Shown here piece after piece: positions 62,750 through 64,000 of a stretch of 64,000 bases of DNA. The translations under genes were made by a program, and so were the position numbers. Every line of letters starts with the position of its first letter. Position 1 is the stretch's first letter. The DNA comes from Saprolegnia diclina VS20. Taxonomy: Eukaryota. The stretch spans positions 620,169-684,168 of the forward strand of contig NW_008246080.1 in assembly GCF_000281045.1 (NCBI RefSeq). The letters are read 5' to 3'. The notes below the pieces were generated by a model. The model was given only the letters and a program-made list of their open reading frames with translations. It ran no database searches and was not told the origin of the DNA.

Positions 62750-62932
62750 TCTACTGCGCGATCGAGGCTCTGGATGGCGTCGAGACTGTGCTTGACGCCA
62801 TGGGGAACGACGGCTTTGAGGTCTGCTCTGCGAGCGAGGCCGATTTCGTCGAGCTCGAGAACTGGCAACGCTTGAGCCACAAGGTCGTTCGTTCCGTACG
62901 GTCGCTTTCCAGGCATCCGCTACGTGCCCTGC
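62750..62932 (+). pseudogene. Uma2-like nuclease copy 6, degenerate and internally deleted
   Basis: 'AIEALDG...NDGFEVCSASEAD' joined directly to the 'W...KVV...FPGIRYV' segment; ends at the gap. Confidence 0.7.
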
Positions 62933-63062
62933 NNNNNNNNNNNNNNNNNNNNNNNNNNNNNNNNNNNNNNNNNNNNNNNNNNNNNNNNNNNNNNNNNNNN
63001 NNNNNNNNNNNNNNNNNNNNNNNNNNNNNNNNNNNNNNNNNNNNNNNNNNNNNNNNNNNNNN

Positions 63063-63246
63063 GCACCCCGACCATGCCCGCCCTGCTTGTTGAGCGCGCG
63101 CTCAAACAAGTTGCCCGTCGGCTCGTCGTCCGTCGTTTGGTCGTTGAGCTGCATGCTCTGCGCACCGCCGTGGTCGGTCGTCTTCCATTTGTCGTTGATG
63201 TCGCCGTGCTCGCCATGTTGGATCGACGGCAACTTCTCGATGAGCG
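63063..63246 (-). pseudogene. Duplicated IFT122 internal fragment
   Basis: Matches about 56054-56237 with a few substitutions (e.g. QTT vs QAT). Confidence 0.85.
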
Positions 63247-63771
63247 TCGAGTCGGAAGAACAAGGAATGAATGCGCCACTTCGAGCTTCGAGACGACTCG
63301 ATTTACCTCATCGAGATGAGTAGTCGACTTCACGCCATTATCGCGGATGGCATCGACTACGCGATGATAGAGGCCACGATGCCGGAGGTCACGGGGACGG
63401 AGCATCGAGTCTTCCGGGCGCGCCGCGACGCGTACGTCGACACGACCCACAGACTAGCGGCAGCTGCTCGTACCCGACTCCAGCTACGGTCACGCGATCG
63501 ACATTGGGGCCATGAAGCCGGCTCAACTTTGCTGGACCGAGTTCCATACGCCCAAGGTCGAGATTGGCATCAATGATGGCTGGCGAAGCACGAACCGCAA
63601 GGTCGTTCCGTACGGTCGCTTTCCAGGCATCCGCTACGTGCCCTGCATGAGGTCAAGCTCTTTGACCAACAACGAGTTTGATGGCTTCACCCTTGGCCCC
63701 AGCCCTCGTCGATCACGGCTGGTACGCGTGTCGATGGATTATCATCGCCTCTTGGCACTGCCGGATCAACG
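63245..63771 (+). pseudogene. Uma2-like nuclease copy 7, 5'-truncated and frameshifted
   Basis: Begins at 'VESEEQ'; 'HFELRDDSIYLIEM', 'EFHTPKVEIG', 'FPGIRYV' lie in shifting frames. Confidence 0.8.
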
Positions 63772-64000
63772 TGCCTCCACTCTGGTTGTCGGGTAGCAGC
63801 AGTCCTTTGATACTGCACTCCGAGACTCATTGTTGGCTCCCAGGATCATTCCGACTCCCTGTCCATGGACCCTTGTCTCTTCCTCTCCGTCGCATCGCAA
63901 CACAGCATATGCCATCAAGATGCATGAATCGTGTATTCTTTGCCCACGAAAATGGCGGGATGCATGCAGCCGCCGTCGTGGCGCTTAGACGTACGAGCCA

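Overview
Gene-dense, GC-rich eukaryotic scaffold with many very short (about 35-60 nt) GT-AG introns, oomycete-type Inr/FPR core promoters and three N gaps (47374-48208, 61540-61639, 62933-63062). It is most consistent with an oomycete of Saprolegnia/Achlya type (inference). The first ~32 kb holds housekeeping, cell-cycle and flagellar genes: START, alpha/beta-hydrolase-like, tRNA-Arg(CCG), OSBP, VMP1, NudC-like, TTLL9-like, Cdc14, LRR, Rab28, ankyrin, Elongin-B-like, DUF4485, Wee1, PX-RING, GPATCH1, nucleolin-like and TMEM231. The second half has a ~3940-aa HECT E3 ligase, a LicD-family gene, two myristoylated pseudokinases (HRN / GFG) and IFT122. These are interspersed with at least seven same-strand copies or fragments of a small, intronless Uma2-like PD-(D/E)XK nuclease gene. 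The most striking element is one copy whose catalytic core is replaced by an inverted segment from a paralog, giving a ~440-bp fold-back (219-bp arms, centre 62056). This could yield a hairpin RNA that silences the nuclease family, making it a candidate toxin/driver plus hpRNA-suppressor system. Nuclease copies also carry duplicated pieces of the IFT122 3' end. Exon boundaries were read by eye, and the gapped 61.5-64 kb region may mix haplotypes.
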